This document shows positions 55,887 to 64,000 of a stretch of 64,000 bases of DNA, in pieces. This stretch comes from an uncultured Thermomicrobiales bacterium (GTDB lineage: Bacteria; Chloroflexota; Chloroflexia; Thermomicrobiales; CFX8): NCBI GenBank assembly GCA_964577155.1, contig CAZNYB010000004.1, positions 15,444 through 79,443 on the forward strand, in the 5' to 3' direction. The notes below the pieces were generated by a model, which searched no databases, was not told the DNA's origin, and worked only from the letters and a program-made list of their open reading frames with translations. Position 1 is the stretch's first letter; every line of letters starts with the position of its first letter. Position numbers and translations under genes: made by a program.

Positions 55887-57419
55887 TCAGCGGGCATAAG
55901 AAATCGATCGCGTTTCACGGATTACCGTGACTTTGATTTGGCCCGGGTACTCCAGGTTGTCCTCGATCTTCTTACCGACGTCCCTCGCCAGCTTCGTCGA
56001 GGCCAGATCGTCCATTCTGTCTGGCTGCACCAGGATGCGCACTTCCCTGCCTGCCTGAATGGCGAACGCCTTTTCGACTCCCTCGAATGAGTTTGCCACG
56101 CCTTCCAGAGCTTCCAGTCGCTTGATGTAGGCTTCGACCATCTCCCGCCTCGCGCCGGGCCGGGCGCCGCTTATTGCGTCAGCTGTCGCCACAACAAATG
56201 CCTCGACGGTTTGCGGTTCTTCCTCATTGTGGTGCGCAGCGATTGCGTGGACTATTCGCGCCGACCTGCCCAACCGGCGAGCGATATCCGCCCCGATCAG
56301 CGCATGTGGTCCGTCGACTTCATGGTCAACCGCCTTGCCGATGTCATGCAGCAGTCCGGCCGTTTTCGCGACGTTGACATCAGCGCCCATCTCGGCTGCC
56401 AGCGCGCCGGCAATCAATGAGACTTCGAGCGAGTGGGCGAGAACGTTTTGTCCATAGCTGGTTCTGAATTTCAGCCTGCCGAGCAACTTGATGAGATCCG
56501 GGTGCAAACCCTGAACATTTGCTTCATAGGCGACACGCTCGCCTTCTTCACGCATAACCTGCTCAAGCTCGATGCGAGATTTGCTGACCACGTCTTCGAT
56601 GCGCGCCGGATGAATCCGGCCATCCTGTAGCAGCTTCACCAGACTACGCCTGGCCACCTCTCTCCGCACCGGATCGAAGCCTGACAGCGTCACAGCCTCT
56701 GGAGTGTCGTCGACGATCAGATCAACGCCGGTTGCCTGCTCCATGGCCCGGATATTCCTGCCTTCACGCCCGATGATTCTGCCTTTCATATCATCGCTCG
56801 GCAGCGGGACCACGGAGACGGTGGTTTCGGCGACATAGTCACTTGAAATACGCTGTAAGGTGGTTGCAAGAATCATCCGGGATTTCTTCTCGGCTTCATC
56901 CCGCGCTTCGATCTCCATCTCTCTGACCCTGCGGCTCAGAATATCGCTCATCTCACTCTCAACTTTTTCCAGGAGGATGGCCTGAGCCTCCTCGGTTGAG
57001 AGCATTGCGACTCGCTGGAGTTCATCTAACTGGCGTTCTTTGAAGAGGGCTAGCTCTTCCTCGAGTTTTTCAGCTTCCAGCTCACGCTTCTGCAAGTTTC
57101 GATGTCGACGATCGGCTTGATTATGTTTCTTTTCGAGTTGTTCCTCTTTTTGCTCAAGCCGTCGCTCCACACGTTCCAGGTCTTTGCGGCGATTGACAAC
57201 TTCGCGGTCCGCTTCAGACCGGATCTTCAGAGCTTCATCTTTAGCCTGGATGATAAGTTCACGTTGCTGCGCTTCCGCCTCTTCAACGATCCGTGTAGCC
57301 TCTCGGTTTGCTTCGCCGAGTCTTGAGTCTGCTCGTTCACTCAGAACCCAGCGTGTAACAAACCATGAAACCGCGGCACCAATCGCAAGCGAGATGAGCG
57401 CAGCAAGGAGGATTTCCAT
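55887..57419 (-). CDS. rny: ribonuclease Y
   Basis: N-terminal TM helix, long coiled coil, KH domain ([12 protein letters not shown]), HD domain (GLLHDIGKA). Confidence 0.95.
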   Translation of the reverse strand: MEILLAALISLAIGAAVSWFVTRWVLSERADSRLGEANREATRIVEEAEAQQRELIIQAKDEALKIRSEADREVVNRRKDLERVERRLEQKEEQLEKKHNQADRRHRNLQKRELEAEKLEEELALFKERQLDELQRVAMLSTEEAQAILLEKVESEMSDILSRRVREMEIEARDEAEKKSRMILATTLQRISSDYVAETTVSVVPLPSDDMKGRIIGREGRNIRAMEQATGVDLIVDDTPEAVTLSGFDPVRREVARRSLVKLLQDGRIHPARIEDVVSKSRIELEQVMREEGERVAYEANVQGLHPDLIKLLGRLKFRTSYGQNVLAHSLEVSLIAGALAAEMGADVNVAKTAGLLHDIGKAVDHEVDGPHALIGADIARRLGRSARIVHAIAAHHNEEEPQTVEAFVVATADAISGARPGARREMVEAYIKRLEALEGVANSFEGVEKAFAIQAGREVRILVQPDRMDDLASTKLARDVGKKIEDNLEYPGQIKVTVIRETRSISYAR

Positions 57420-57855
57420 ACCTTGCGCTCCATATTCTATTTTCAGTGTCCTGTTGAGAACGGTTCGTAAAAATCGTCAAAATCAACGGCAACAGTCTTG
57501 AACTCATGCTTGATTCAAACGAACTATCGCGCTTCAGTCACCGAAAAATGATCACACGAATGAATAACACGAGAATAGTTCGATAACATCCTCGATAATA
57601 CCTTCATCATTATCGCAGATACTGATAACCAGTATCAGATGTTAGTTGTAACAAAAATGTGACTGATTCGTTCGTGTTCCAGATCCCGAACCTGGAAACC
57701 GGAACTAGTTTTTATCTACTGCTACGAACTAATTTGGCAGGTCGGTCAGGTTTTCCATCAACCGCACAATCGAAATGTTTTGCACCTGAACGAGATGCCG
57801 TCAAGCCCAATCTGCCAGGATACCTGAAAGCTTGGACCACGTCGTCATGAAATAT

Positions 57856-59202
57856 TCATGAAGAAGTCGGCAATGTTATTGTCGAATCACAGGGACGCAC
57901 CAGGAGTTGATCTATTCGCAAACCGTCGAGCGACTTGACAGTGAACTCAAAGTCATCAACTGAGACTGTATCGCCAATCTCCGGCTTGCGGCCTAACTGA
58001 TCAAAGACCAACCCGCCAATGGTTTCGAAATCTCCAGAATCGATGTTTGTCGTGAAGTACTGGTTGAATTCCGCAACCTGGACCATGCCGGAGATCCGAG
58101 CGCTGCCGTCCGGGTTCATCACGATTTCGATTTCTGGCTCTTCAAACTCGTCGTCGATTTCTCCGACCAGCCGCTCGAGAATATCTTCGAGCGTTACCAG
58201 CCCAGCGGTCCCGCCATATTCGTCAATCAATATGGCCATATGCGACCGCTGCGCCTTCAAGTGGGAGAGCAGCTCGTCGACGGGAATAGACTCGGGCACT
58301 TTAATATCCGGTCGGACAATGTCACTTAGAGAAAATGCATCTCGATCGGCTGAAGTTACCGCTGCCAGCACATCTTTGACATGGATGGTTCCGATAATGT
58401 TGTCAAGAGAATCCTGATAGACTGGAAGACGCGACCGGCCAGACTCAGCAACTGTTTTCAGCAGGTCATCTAACGTAGTGTCTTCGGGAACGGCGGTAAT
58501 CTCAGTTCTTGGAATCATTATCTGATCGGCAGCCAGATCTGAAAAAGAAAACACACGCTGCAACAGTTCCCGTTCTTCCGGCTCGATATGCCCGCTGACG
58601 CCGCTTGCTTCCACCAGCATTTCCAGCTCTTCAACGGTGTAGACCATGTCGGTTTCGCTCTCATATTTCAGTCCAATTGGTCGGAGTATCCACTCGGTTG
58701 ACCAGTAGACGATGGCGATCAGAGGGCGCAGGATTATACCGACGAGATGCGTGAATTGAACGGTATACATCAGAGCTTTTTCGGCTCGCTGGATAGCCAT
58801 CATCTTTGGCACCTGTTCACCCAGAACAAGGTGCAGGTAGGTGATGATCGTAAAAGCGATGATGACTGAAATTGCATGTGTCGAGACGACAACAATGGTT
58901 TCCGGCAGGAATGATTCAAGTGTAGGTTCGAGAAGGGCAGCCAGCGCTGGTTCGCCTACCCAACCAAGAGCCAGGCTAGCCATCGTGATACCGACCTGAG
59001 ATGCGGAGATAAATCGATTCGGATCGGCCATCGATTGACGGATCAGCCGGCCGAGATAGCTGCCTTCGTCAATCATCCTTTCGATCCTGGTGGGTCGCGC
59101 GCTGACTAGCGCAAACTCAGCCGCAACGAAGAATCCGTTCAGACCCACCAGCAATAGCACGATGAAGAGCCGTATTCCTATGTCAACGAAATCGAGGTCC
59201 AT
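57856..59202 (-). CDS. CNNM/HlyC-CorC family membrane protein (second paralogue)
   Basis: DUF21 TM region, [40 protein letters not shown]. Confidence 0.85.
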   Translation of the reverse strand: MDLDFVDIGIRLFIVLLLVGLNGFFVAAEFALVSARPTRIERMIDEGSYLGRLIRQSMADPNRFISASQVGITMASLALGWVGEPALAALLEPTLESFLPETIVVVSTHAISVIIAFTIITYLHLVLGEQVPKMMAIQRAEKALMYTVQFTHLVGIILRPLIAIVYWSTEWILRPIGLKYESETDMVYTVEELEMLVEASGVSGHIEPEERELLQRVFSFSDLAADQIMIPRTEITAVPEDTTLDDLLKTVAESGRSRLPVYQDSLDNIIGTIHVKDVLAAVTSADRDAFSLSDIVRPDIKVPESIPVDELLSHLKAQRSHMAILIDEYGGTAGLVTLEDILERLVGEIDDEFEEPEIEIVMNPDGSARISGMVQVAEFNQYFTTNIDSGDFETIGGLVFDQLGRKPEIGDTVSVDDFEFTVKSLDGLRIDQLLVRPCDSTITLPTSS

Positions 59203-59308
59203 TTCCTCTTATCAGTTCCGATTCATCGTGCCATTCGAGGAGTATACTCGTCGTGTCATAGTCCGCCTCAAGTTTTCAGCGAGTTAGCCACCCTTGGAGT
59301 ACGTTCAT

Positions 59309-61861
59309 TTGATCCCGATCAGTCTCCAGCTTACGAATTTCATGAGCTACCGAAACACAGTGACGCTAGAGTTTAGCGAAATCCAGACTGCCTGTCTCTC
59401 GGGTAAAAACGGGGCTGGCAAGTCGGCGCTGCTTGACGCCATGACCTGGGCAATCTGGGGAAAAACGCGGGGTAGAAGCGACCGTGAAGTCATCTCCATC
59501 GGAGAAGATTTCATGGAAGTTACTTTCGAATTTCGAATCGGAGTACGTGAATTCCAGGTTTTTCGGCGACGGACTGCCGGCAACCGGCTTACCCTGCACT
59601 TTTACTCACGACAGGCTGGTTCGCCAGACTTCGGGATGGTGAGCGGGGACTCCGTCAGAGAAACACAGCAGCGGATCGATGGCACACTCAAAATCGACTA
59701 CGACACCTTCGTGAATTCAGCGTTTCTCATGCAGGGAAAAGCCGACTCGTTCACCCAGATGCGCCCAGGTGAACGCAAGCAGGTGCTAGGTGAAATTCTG
59801 AACCTCGGTGACTACGACGCTCTGGCGCGTGTCGCCCGGCAACGAAAAAACAGCTCGACAACCAGGTTGTCCACCTTGCAAGAGCAGATCGCGCAGGCAG
59901 ACTCCAGACTTGAAACCCGGCCGACTATTGAAAAATTACTCGCTGACCTTGAGGCTGAACAGCAGGTAATCGCAAAGGATCTGGCAACCCACCGCGTGTC
60001 ATTGCAATCGCTGGCCAACCAGCTGCAAACGTTCGAACTGCTGGAGGATGCCAGAACAAAAACCCGGCAAAAAATTCTTGACGAAAAAGACGAACGAAAT
60101 AAGCTGCAACAACGTATATCCGGGAACCAGGCTAGACTGGCAAAGCTGAAATCTACCCTTGCGCGAGAAGCCGAAATTCGCAGCGCTGCCGAGGCATACC
60201 GGAAGTGGCGCGCGACGGCAGATGAGTGCGCGGAAGCGCTTCGCAAGCGACAGCCGTTTGAGGAGAAACTCAGTCTCACCCGGCGAAAGTTGGATAATCT
60301 CGAAAATCAGCTGAACCGGGACATTGACCGGGAACGTGAGAAAGCTGAGCGAGCACGCACACTTCTTGATGAAATGGCAGAAGAATTAAAAACGATCCTC
60401 AAGCTGGAGTCTGAATCCACTATTGCCATCGCTACGCTGGCAAAAATGACGTCTGCTATCAACGAGATTGAATCGCTGACGGAACAACGAGCACAGCTAC
60501 AGGCAATGAATGAAAACGTAGCTGCTAGGGCGGAAGAGATCAAAGAAGCAATTGAGGCGTTGCAACATGGAGATGCAATCTGTCCCGTCTGCAGAAAACC
60601 GTTCGGGAAGGATGACCACAAACGTATCGAAGCAGAGTGGCAACGGGATCTCGAAGCTGCAAGAGAAAACTACCGGCAGAACGCAAAACAATTGGCCCTG
60701 ATCAACAAAAAATTTGAAGACGGCAATGCCACCAAAAAATCCAGAGATGCTCTCCAGTCCGAGGAAAATCTACGTCAGGCGATGTTAGTTCGATCGAAAA
60801 AGCATGTCGAAAAGAAGTCAGAAGTTGAGAAAGATTACGCTGTCGCAAACAGAACGTTCCAGGAACTCACCCGGACAAAATCAAACCAGTCGTTCGCGAC
60901 TGCTGAGCGGGCAGTTATCACAGAAGTTGAACGTTCACTTGCAGAACTGCGCTACGATGCTGATCTGCACAATGAGTCCCGGAAGCAACTCCATTTGCTT
61001 CAACTTGCCGAGCAAGACCTCAGTGAATTGGAACAAGCGCGACTTCAGGCAGGGAACCTGGAAGAAGCAATTTCAGAACTGACAGATCGCCTGGAAACTC
61101 AGAATAGCGAAATCGAGGAGCTTGAACAGGAACATGCGCTGTTCGCGGCACAACTTGAAGAGGCCCCCACCGTCCGGGAACAACACCAGCACATCAGAAA
61201 ACTGGTCGAAGAGTTCGAATACCGCTTCTCGACAGTCCAGTCGGGAATTGGAGGAGCGCAGAATCAGCTCAGCCAGCTAACCGATCTTGCGGAAGAACGC
61301 CGTCAGTTGAAACAGACTCACGAGCAAATTGCTCAGGAAGCTGACGCCTATGAAGAGCTTGGTATTGCCTTTGGCATCAACGGCATCCAGGCGATGGTGA
61401 TCGAGAATATCCTGCCTGAATTGCAGGATGACGCCAACCTCCTGCTTCAGCGAATGTCAAGCAGCCACCTGCATGTAAATTTCAGAACCACCCGGCAGGC
61501 AGTGACCAATGATCAGATCACGGAAACACTGGACATTATCATCCGCGATGAAGCCGGCGAGAGACCCTACGATCTGTACTCTGGGGGCGAAGCATTCCGA
61601 ATAAATTTCGCCATTCGAATTGCCCTCAGTAAATTACTCGTCAGGCGAGCCGGGGCAACTATTGATTTGCTGATAATCGACGAGGGGTTTGGAACACAGG
61701 ACACTCAGGGACGTGATGGTTTGGTCGAAGCCCTCAAATCAATTCAGGATTATTTCGAGATGATTCTTGTTATCACACATATCGAAGACATCCGCGACCA
61801 GTTTGATTCACGGATTGACGTCCTGAAAACAGACAGCGGTTCGCAAGTTACCGTGAACTAG
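59309..61861 (+). CDS. sbcC: SbcC/Rad50-like SMC-type ATPase with zinc hook
   Basis: Walker A GKNGAGKSALLDA, long coiled coil with central CPVC hook (HGDAICPVCRKPF), signature YSGGEAFR, Walker B LLIIDEGFG, H-loop VITHI. Start moved to TTG 59309 (GGAG 9 nt upstream); the tracked start is 59294. Confidence 0.85.
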   Translation: MIPISLQLTNFMSYRNTVTLEFSEIQTACLSGKNGAGKSALLDAMTWAIWGKTRGRSDREVISIGEDFMEVTFEFRIGVREFQVFRRRTAGNRLTLHFYSRQAGSPDFGMVSGDSVRETQQRIDGTLKIDYDTFVNSAFLMQGKADSFTQMRPGERKQVLGEILNLGDYDALARVARQRKNSSTTRLSTLQEQIAQADSRLETRPTIEKLLADLEAEQQVIAKDLATHRVSLQSLANQLQTFELLEDARTKTRQKILDEKDERNKLQQRISGNQARLAKLKSTLAREAEIRSAAEAYRKWRATADECAEALRKRQPFEEKLSLTRRKLDNLENQLNRDIDREREKAERARTLLDEMAEELKTILKLESESTIAIATLAKMTSAINEIESLTEQRAQLQAMNENVAARAEEIKEAIEALQHGDAICPVCRKPFGKDDHKRIEAEWQRDLEAARENYRQNAKQLALINKKFEDGNATKKSRDALQSEENLRQAMLVRSKKHVEKKSEVEKDYAVANRTFQELTRTKSNQSFATAERAVITEVERSLAELRYDADLHNESRKQLHLLQLAEQDLSELEQARLQAGNLEEAISELTDRLETQNSEIEELEQEHALFAAQLEEAPTVREQHQHIRKLVEEFEYRFSTVQSGIGGAQNQLSQLTDLAEERRQLKQTHEQIAQEADAYEELGIAFGINGIQAMVIENILPELQDDANLLLQRMSSSHLHVNFRTTRQAVTNDQITETLDIIIRDEAGERPYDLYSGGEAFRINFAIRIALSKLLVRRAGATIDLLIIDEGFGTQDTQGRDGLVEALKSIQDYFEMILVITHIEDIRDQFDSRIDVLKTDSGSQVTVN

Positions 61862-61888
61862 AAACGATTCCCTACGTTACGGAGAGGA

Positions 61889-63616
61889 ATGATCATGACA
61901 GTTGTACCAGGAGCCCGAATCTCGGAAAGACCGTCGATTCAAGCCAGGCACGTCGCGTTGGCATCTGGCCACTACCTGGCAACCGAAGCCGGCATGCGAA
62001 TGTTTCGGCAGGGTGGGAATGCGATCGACGCTGGCGTTGCGGCGGGGATTTGCATCGATGTTCTCCTCCCCGATCTCTGCAATTTTGGCGGGGTTGCCCC
62101 GATCATGGTCTACCACAAGAAAACAGACACGATTGTTTCAATTTCAGGGCTTGGCAACTGGGGGGCATCGGCTTCTCTGAACTACTTTGTCGAACATGAA
62201 CATAGCGATATCCCAATCGGCGCAAAACGGTCGATTATCCCCGGCGCTCCGGACGCCTGGCTAACAGCACTTGCGAGATACGGCAAGTTGTCATTTGCTG
62301 AAGTCGTCCAACCAGCGATCGAACTTTGTGATGGCGGTTTCGTCGTCTATCCGTCGCTTCAACGGAACCTTGGTGGCGCGCGTCAACATTTGCTGCAGTG
62401 GCCGTCATCCGCGGAAGTGTTTGCGCGTAACGGCGCAACCCCGGTGGCAGGGGAGGTGTTGTACCAGCACGATCTGGCCAACACGTTTCGCAGCATGATC
62501 AAAGCGGAAGAACAGGCTTCAGGACACGGACGATCCGCCGGTGTTGAAGCTGCTCGGAACGAGTTTTACGCCGGGGACATCGGCAAACGAATTGCCGAAT
62601 TCATCCAGCAGGAAGGTGGATTTGTCAGCGAGGCTGATCTCGCTGACTTCGCCAGTGATATAGAGACCCCGCCTCACGTGCAATACAACGGCGTCGATGT
62701 CTTCGTTTGCGGTCCCTGGAGCCAGGGGCCAGTCCTGGCTGAGTCGCTCAACATTCTCAATGGTTTCCCGCTTGCTGAACTAGGGCACAACTCCGCCGAG
62801 TACATACACACGGTCACCGAATCGATGAATCTGGCATTCGCAGATCGCGAGCGACACTATGGCGATCCTAACTTCGTCGATGTTCCGCTTGAACTGTTGT
62901 TGTTCCAACCGTACGCTGATTCGATACGCAACCTCATTTCGGCAGATAGAGCTTTCGGTCAGATGCCAGAAATGACAGAGTCCAGTTACCGGCCTGCATT
63001 CGAGTTTGCGGCAGGAAAATCTCCGATGCAGCCGGACACTTCGTATGTTTGCGCCATTGATGAAGAAGGGAATGCCTTTTCAGCAACACCATCTGATGGT
63101 GTCGGCAGCACACCGATTATCCCGGGACTTGGTTTGATCTGTTCCGGTCGAGGCTCGCAGTCCTGGTTGATTGAAGACCACCCCTCTTCACTTGCCCCGG
63201 GCAAGCGGCCCCGGCTCACACCCAATCCGGCGATGGCATTTCGAGACGGCCAGCTATTCATGCCTTTCGGCACGCCAGGCGGGGATATGCAACCGCAGTC
63301 GATGTTGCAGACTTTTCTCAATGTCGTTGTCTTTGGCATGGATGTACAGCAGGCGATTGAAGCTCCACGATTCGGGACCTTCTCCTATCCGAATTCGTTC
63401 TGGCCTCACGAATATCTTCCCGGGCGGCTCAACCTCGAAGCGCGAATACCTCGCGAGATCGGCGACCGGCTCGCCAGCCTGGGGCACGATATCGAGTGGT
63501 GGCCAGCCTGGACACGGACCGCCGGAAATGTCTGCGCCATCCTCAACGATCCAGTTCGCGAAACGCTGACGGCCGGAGCAGACGCCAGAGCCGAGGCATA
63601 CGCAGCCGGGTGGTAA
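61889..63616 (+). CDS. ggt: gamma-glutamyltransferase family protein
   Basis: N-terminal GGNAIDAGVAAG, autoprocessing region PDTSYVCAIDEEGNAFSATPS, and GTPGGDMQPQ. Confidence 0.85.
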   Translation: MIMTVVPGARISERPSIQARHVALASGHYLATEAGMRMFRQGGNAIDAGVAAGICIDVLLPDLCNFGGVAPIMVYHKKTDTIVSISGLGNWGASASLNYFVEHEHSDIPIGAKRSIIPGAPDAWLTALARYGKLSFAEVVQPAIELCDGGFVVYPSLQRNLGGARQHLLQWPSSAEVFARNGATPVAGEVLYQHDLANTFRSMIKAEEQASGHGRSAGVEAARNEFYAGDIGKRIAEFIQQEGGFVSEADLADFASDIETPPHVQYNGVDVFVCGPWSQGPVLAESLNILNGFPLAELGHNSAEYIHTVTESMNLAFADRERHYGDPNFVDVPLELLLFQPYADSIRNLISADRAFGQMPEMTESSYRPAFEFAAGKSPMQPDTSYVCAIDEEGNAFSATPSDGVGSTPIIPGLGLICSGRGSQSWLIEDHPSSLAPGKRPRLTPNPAMAFRDGQLFMPFGTPGGDMQPQSMLQTFLNVVVFGMDVQQAIEAPRFGTFSYPNSFWPHEYLPGRLNLEARIPREIGDRLASLGHDIEWWPAWTRTAGNVCAILNDPVRETLTAGADARAEAYAAGW

Positions 63617-63680
63617 CGAGGTTATCGCGTTCGTACGCGGTAATGTGTACCATTAATCCACTGGAATCTGTCGCCATTCA

Positions 63681-64000
63681 ATGAGGAGCGCGACCACGAC
63701 GACACCAGCCCGCAAACAGTACCTCAAGCTCAAAGCCGAGCATCCGAACATGATTCTCTTCTTTCGGATGGGCGATTTCTATGAGACCTTTGATGACGAC
63801 GCAAAATTGACATCAGAGGTGCTCGATATTGCCCTGACTTCCCGAGAAATGGGACAGGGCAACCGAATCCCGATGGCCGGTATTCCCTACCACTCTGCCG
63901 ATGGTTACCTGTCCCGTCTGCTCTCCGCAGGTCACAAAGTCGCTATCGCGGAACAGGTCAGTGAGCCAACCGGCAAAGGCATCGTTGACCGGCGAGTCAC
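63681..64000 (+). CDS. mutS: DNA mismatch repair protein MutS (5' fragment, continues beyond the window)
   Basis: My own translation from ATG 63681 gives MRSATTTTPARKQYLKLKAEHPNMILFFRMGDFYETFDDDA...IPYHSADGYLSRLL, the canonical MutS domain I. It is absent from the ORF track because there is no stop inside the window. Confidence 0.9.
   Translation, partial: MRSATTTTPARKQYLKLKAEHPNMILFFRMGDFYETFDDDAKLTSEVLDIALTSREMGQGNRIPMAGIPYHSADGYLSRLLSAGHKVAIAEQVSEPTGKGIVDRRV

Noticed and set aside
57659-57850. 63-aa ORF in the AT-rich gap upstream of rny
   Set aside because: It has no SD and no recognisable motif, and it lies in a region better explained as an untranslated leader or small RNA.
1-64000. 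CRISPR arrays, IS elements, prophage or toxin-antitoxin pairs
   Set aside because: I saw no regularly spaced repeats beyond the two short tandems reported, no transposase/integrase/recombinase-like ORFs, and no small adjacent gene pairs with a TA-like layout. The PIN domain protein is the membrane YacL type, not a VapC toxin.

Overview
This window is a densely packed chromosomal core segment of a bacterium that looks moderately GC-rich by eye. It holds about 57 protein genes and 2 tRNAs, with many GTG/TTG starts and many 4-nt start/stop overlaps. I saw no rRNA, CRISPR array, transposase, integrase or phage genes. Gene order: (1) a PHP + AlbA_2 fusion gene. (2) A minus-strand fatty-acid oxidation block: acyl-CoA dehydrogenase, thiolase, crotonase, EtfB/EtfA, FixC-like ETF-quinone oxidoreductase. 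(3) A short biotin ligase, CNNM, prs, glmU, tRNA-Gln(UUG), dnaJ. (4) A Gpt-like phosphoribosyltransferase, a HAD hydrolase, an ADP-ribosylglycohydrolase. (5) A plus-strand run of a PLP Cys/Met enzyme followed by four amide/metal hydrolases. (6) tRNA-Arg(UCU), fused moaD-moaE, M20 peptidase, GT39-like membrane protein, S9 peptidase, and moeA translationally coupled to two small membrane proteins. (7) relA/spoT, PfkB kinase, obg, rpoD, lysA, ABC-F, coaE, prfB, an MA-type metallopeptidase. The ORF track splits prfB because of its programmed +1 frameshift. (8) CIRCE-controlled hrcA-grpE-dnaK. (9) An uncharacterised three-gene operon at 47.3-51.2 kb. (10) dtd, ispF, ispD, a PIN/TRAM YacL-like protein, a PHP esterase, an N-terminally extended SpoVS-like protein, RNase Y. 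(11) A second CNNM, a stand-alone SbcC/Rad50-like ATPase, ggt, and the 5' end of mutS. The synteny (rny near spoVS, yacL-ispD-ispF, HrcA/CIRCE) suggests a Terrabacteria lineage, possibly Chloroflexota; this is inference only, as no search was possible. The best candidates for something new are: the autonomous triad at 47342-51240 (tail-anchored acidic PxWL-repeat protein, apparently degenerate GlmL/actin-fold-like protein, hybrid-barrel/KOW-like protein); the PHP-AlbA_2 fusion; an 18-bp perfect palindrome over the -10 of the hrcA promoter in addition to a perfect CIRCE; the sbcC with no sbcD; and several exact short tandem or direct repeats in intergenic regions. Most of the window is ordinary housekeeping.
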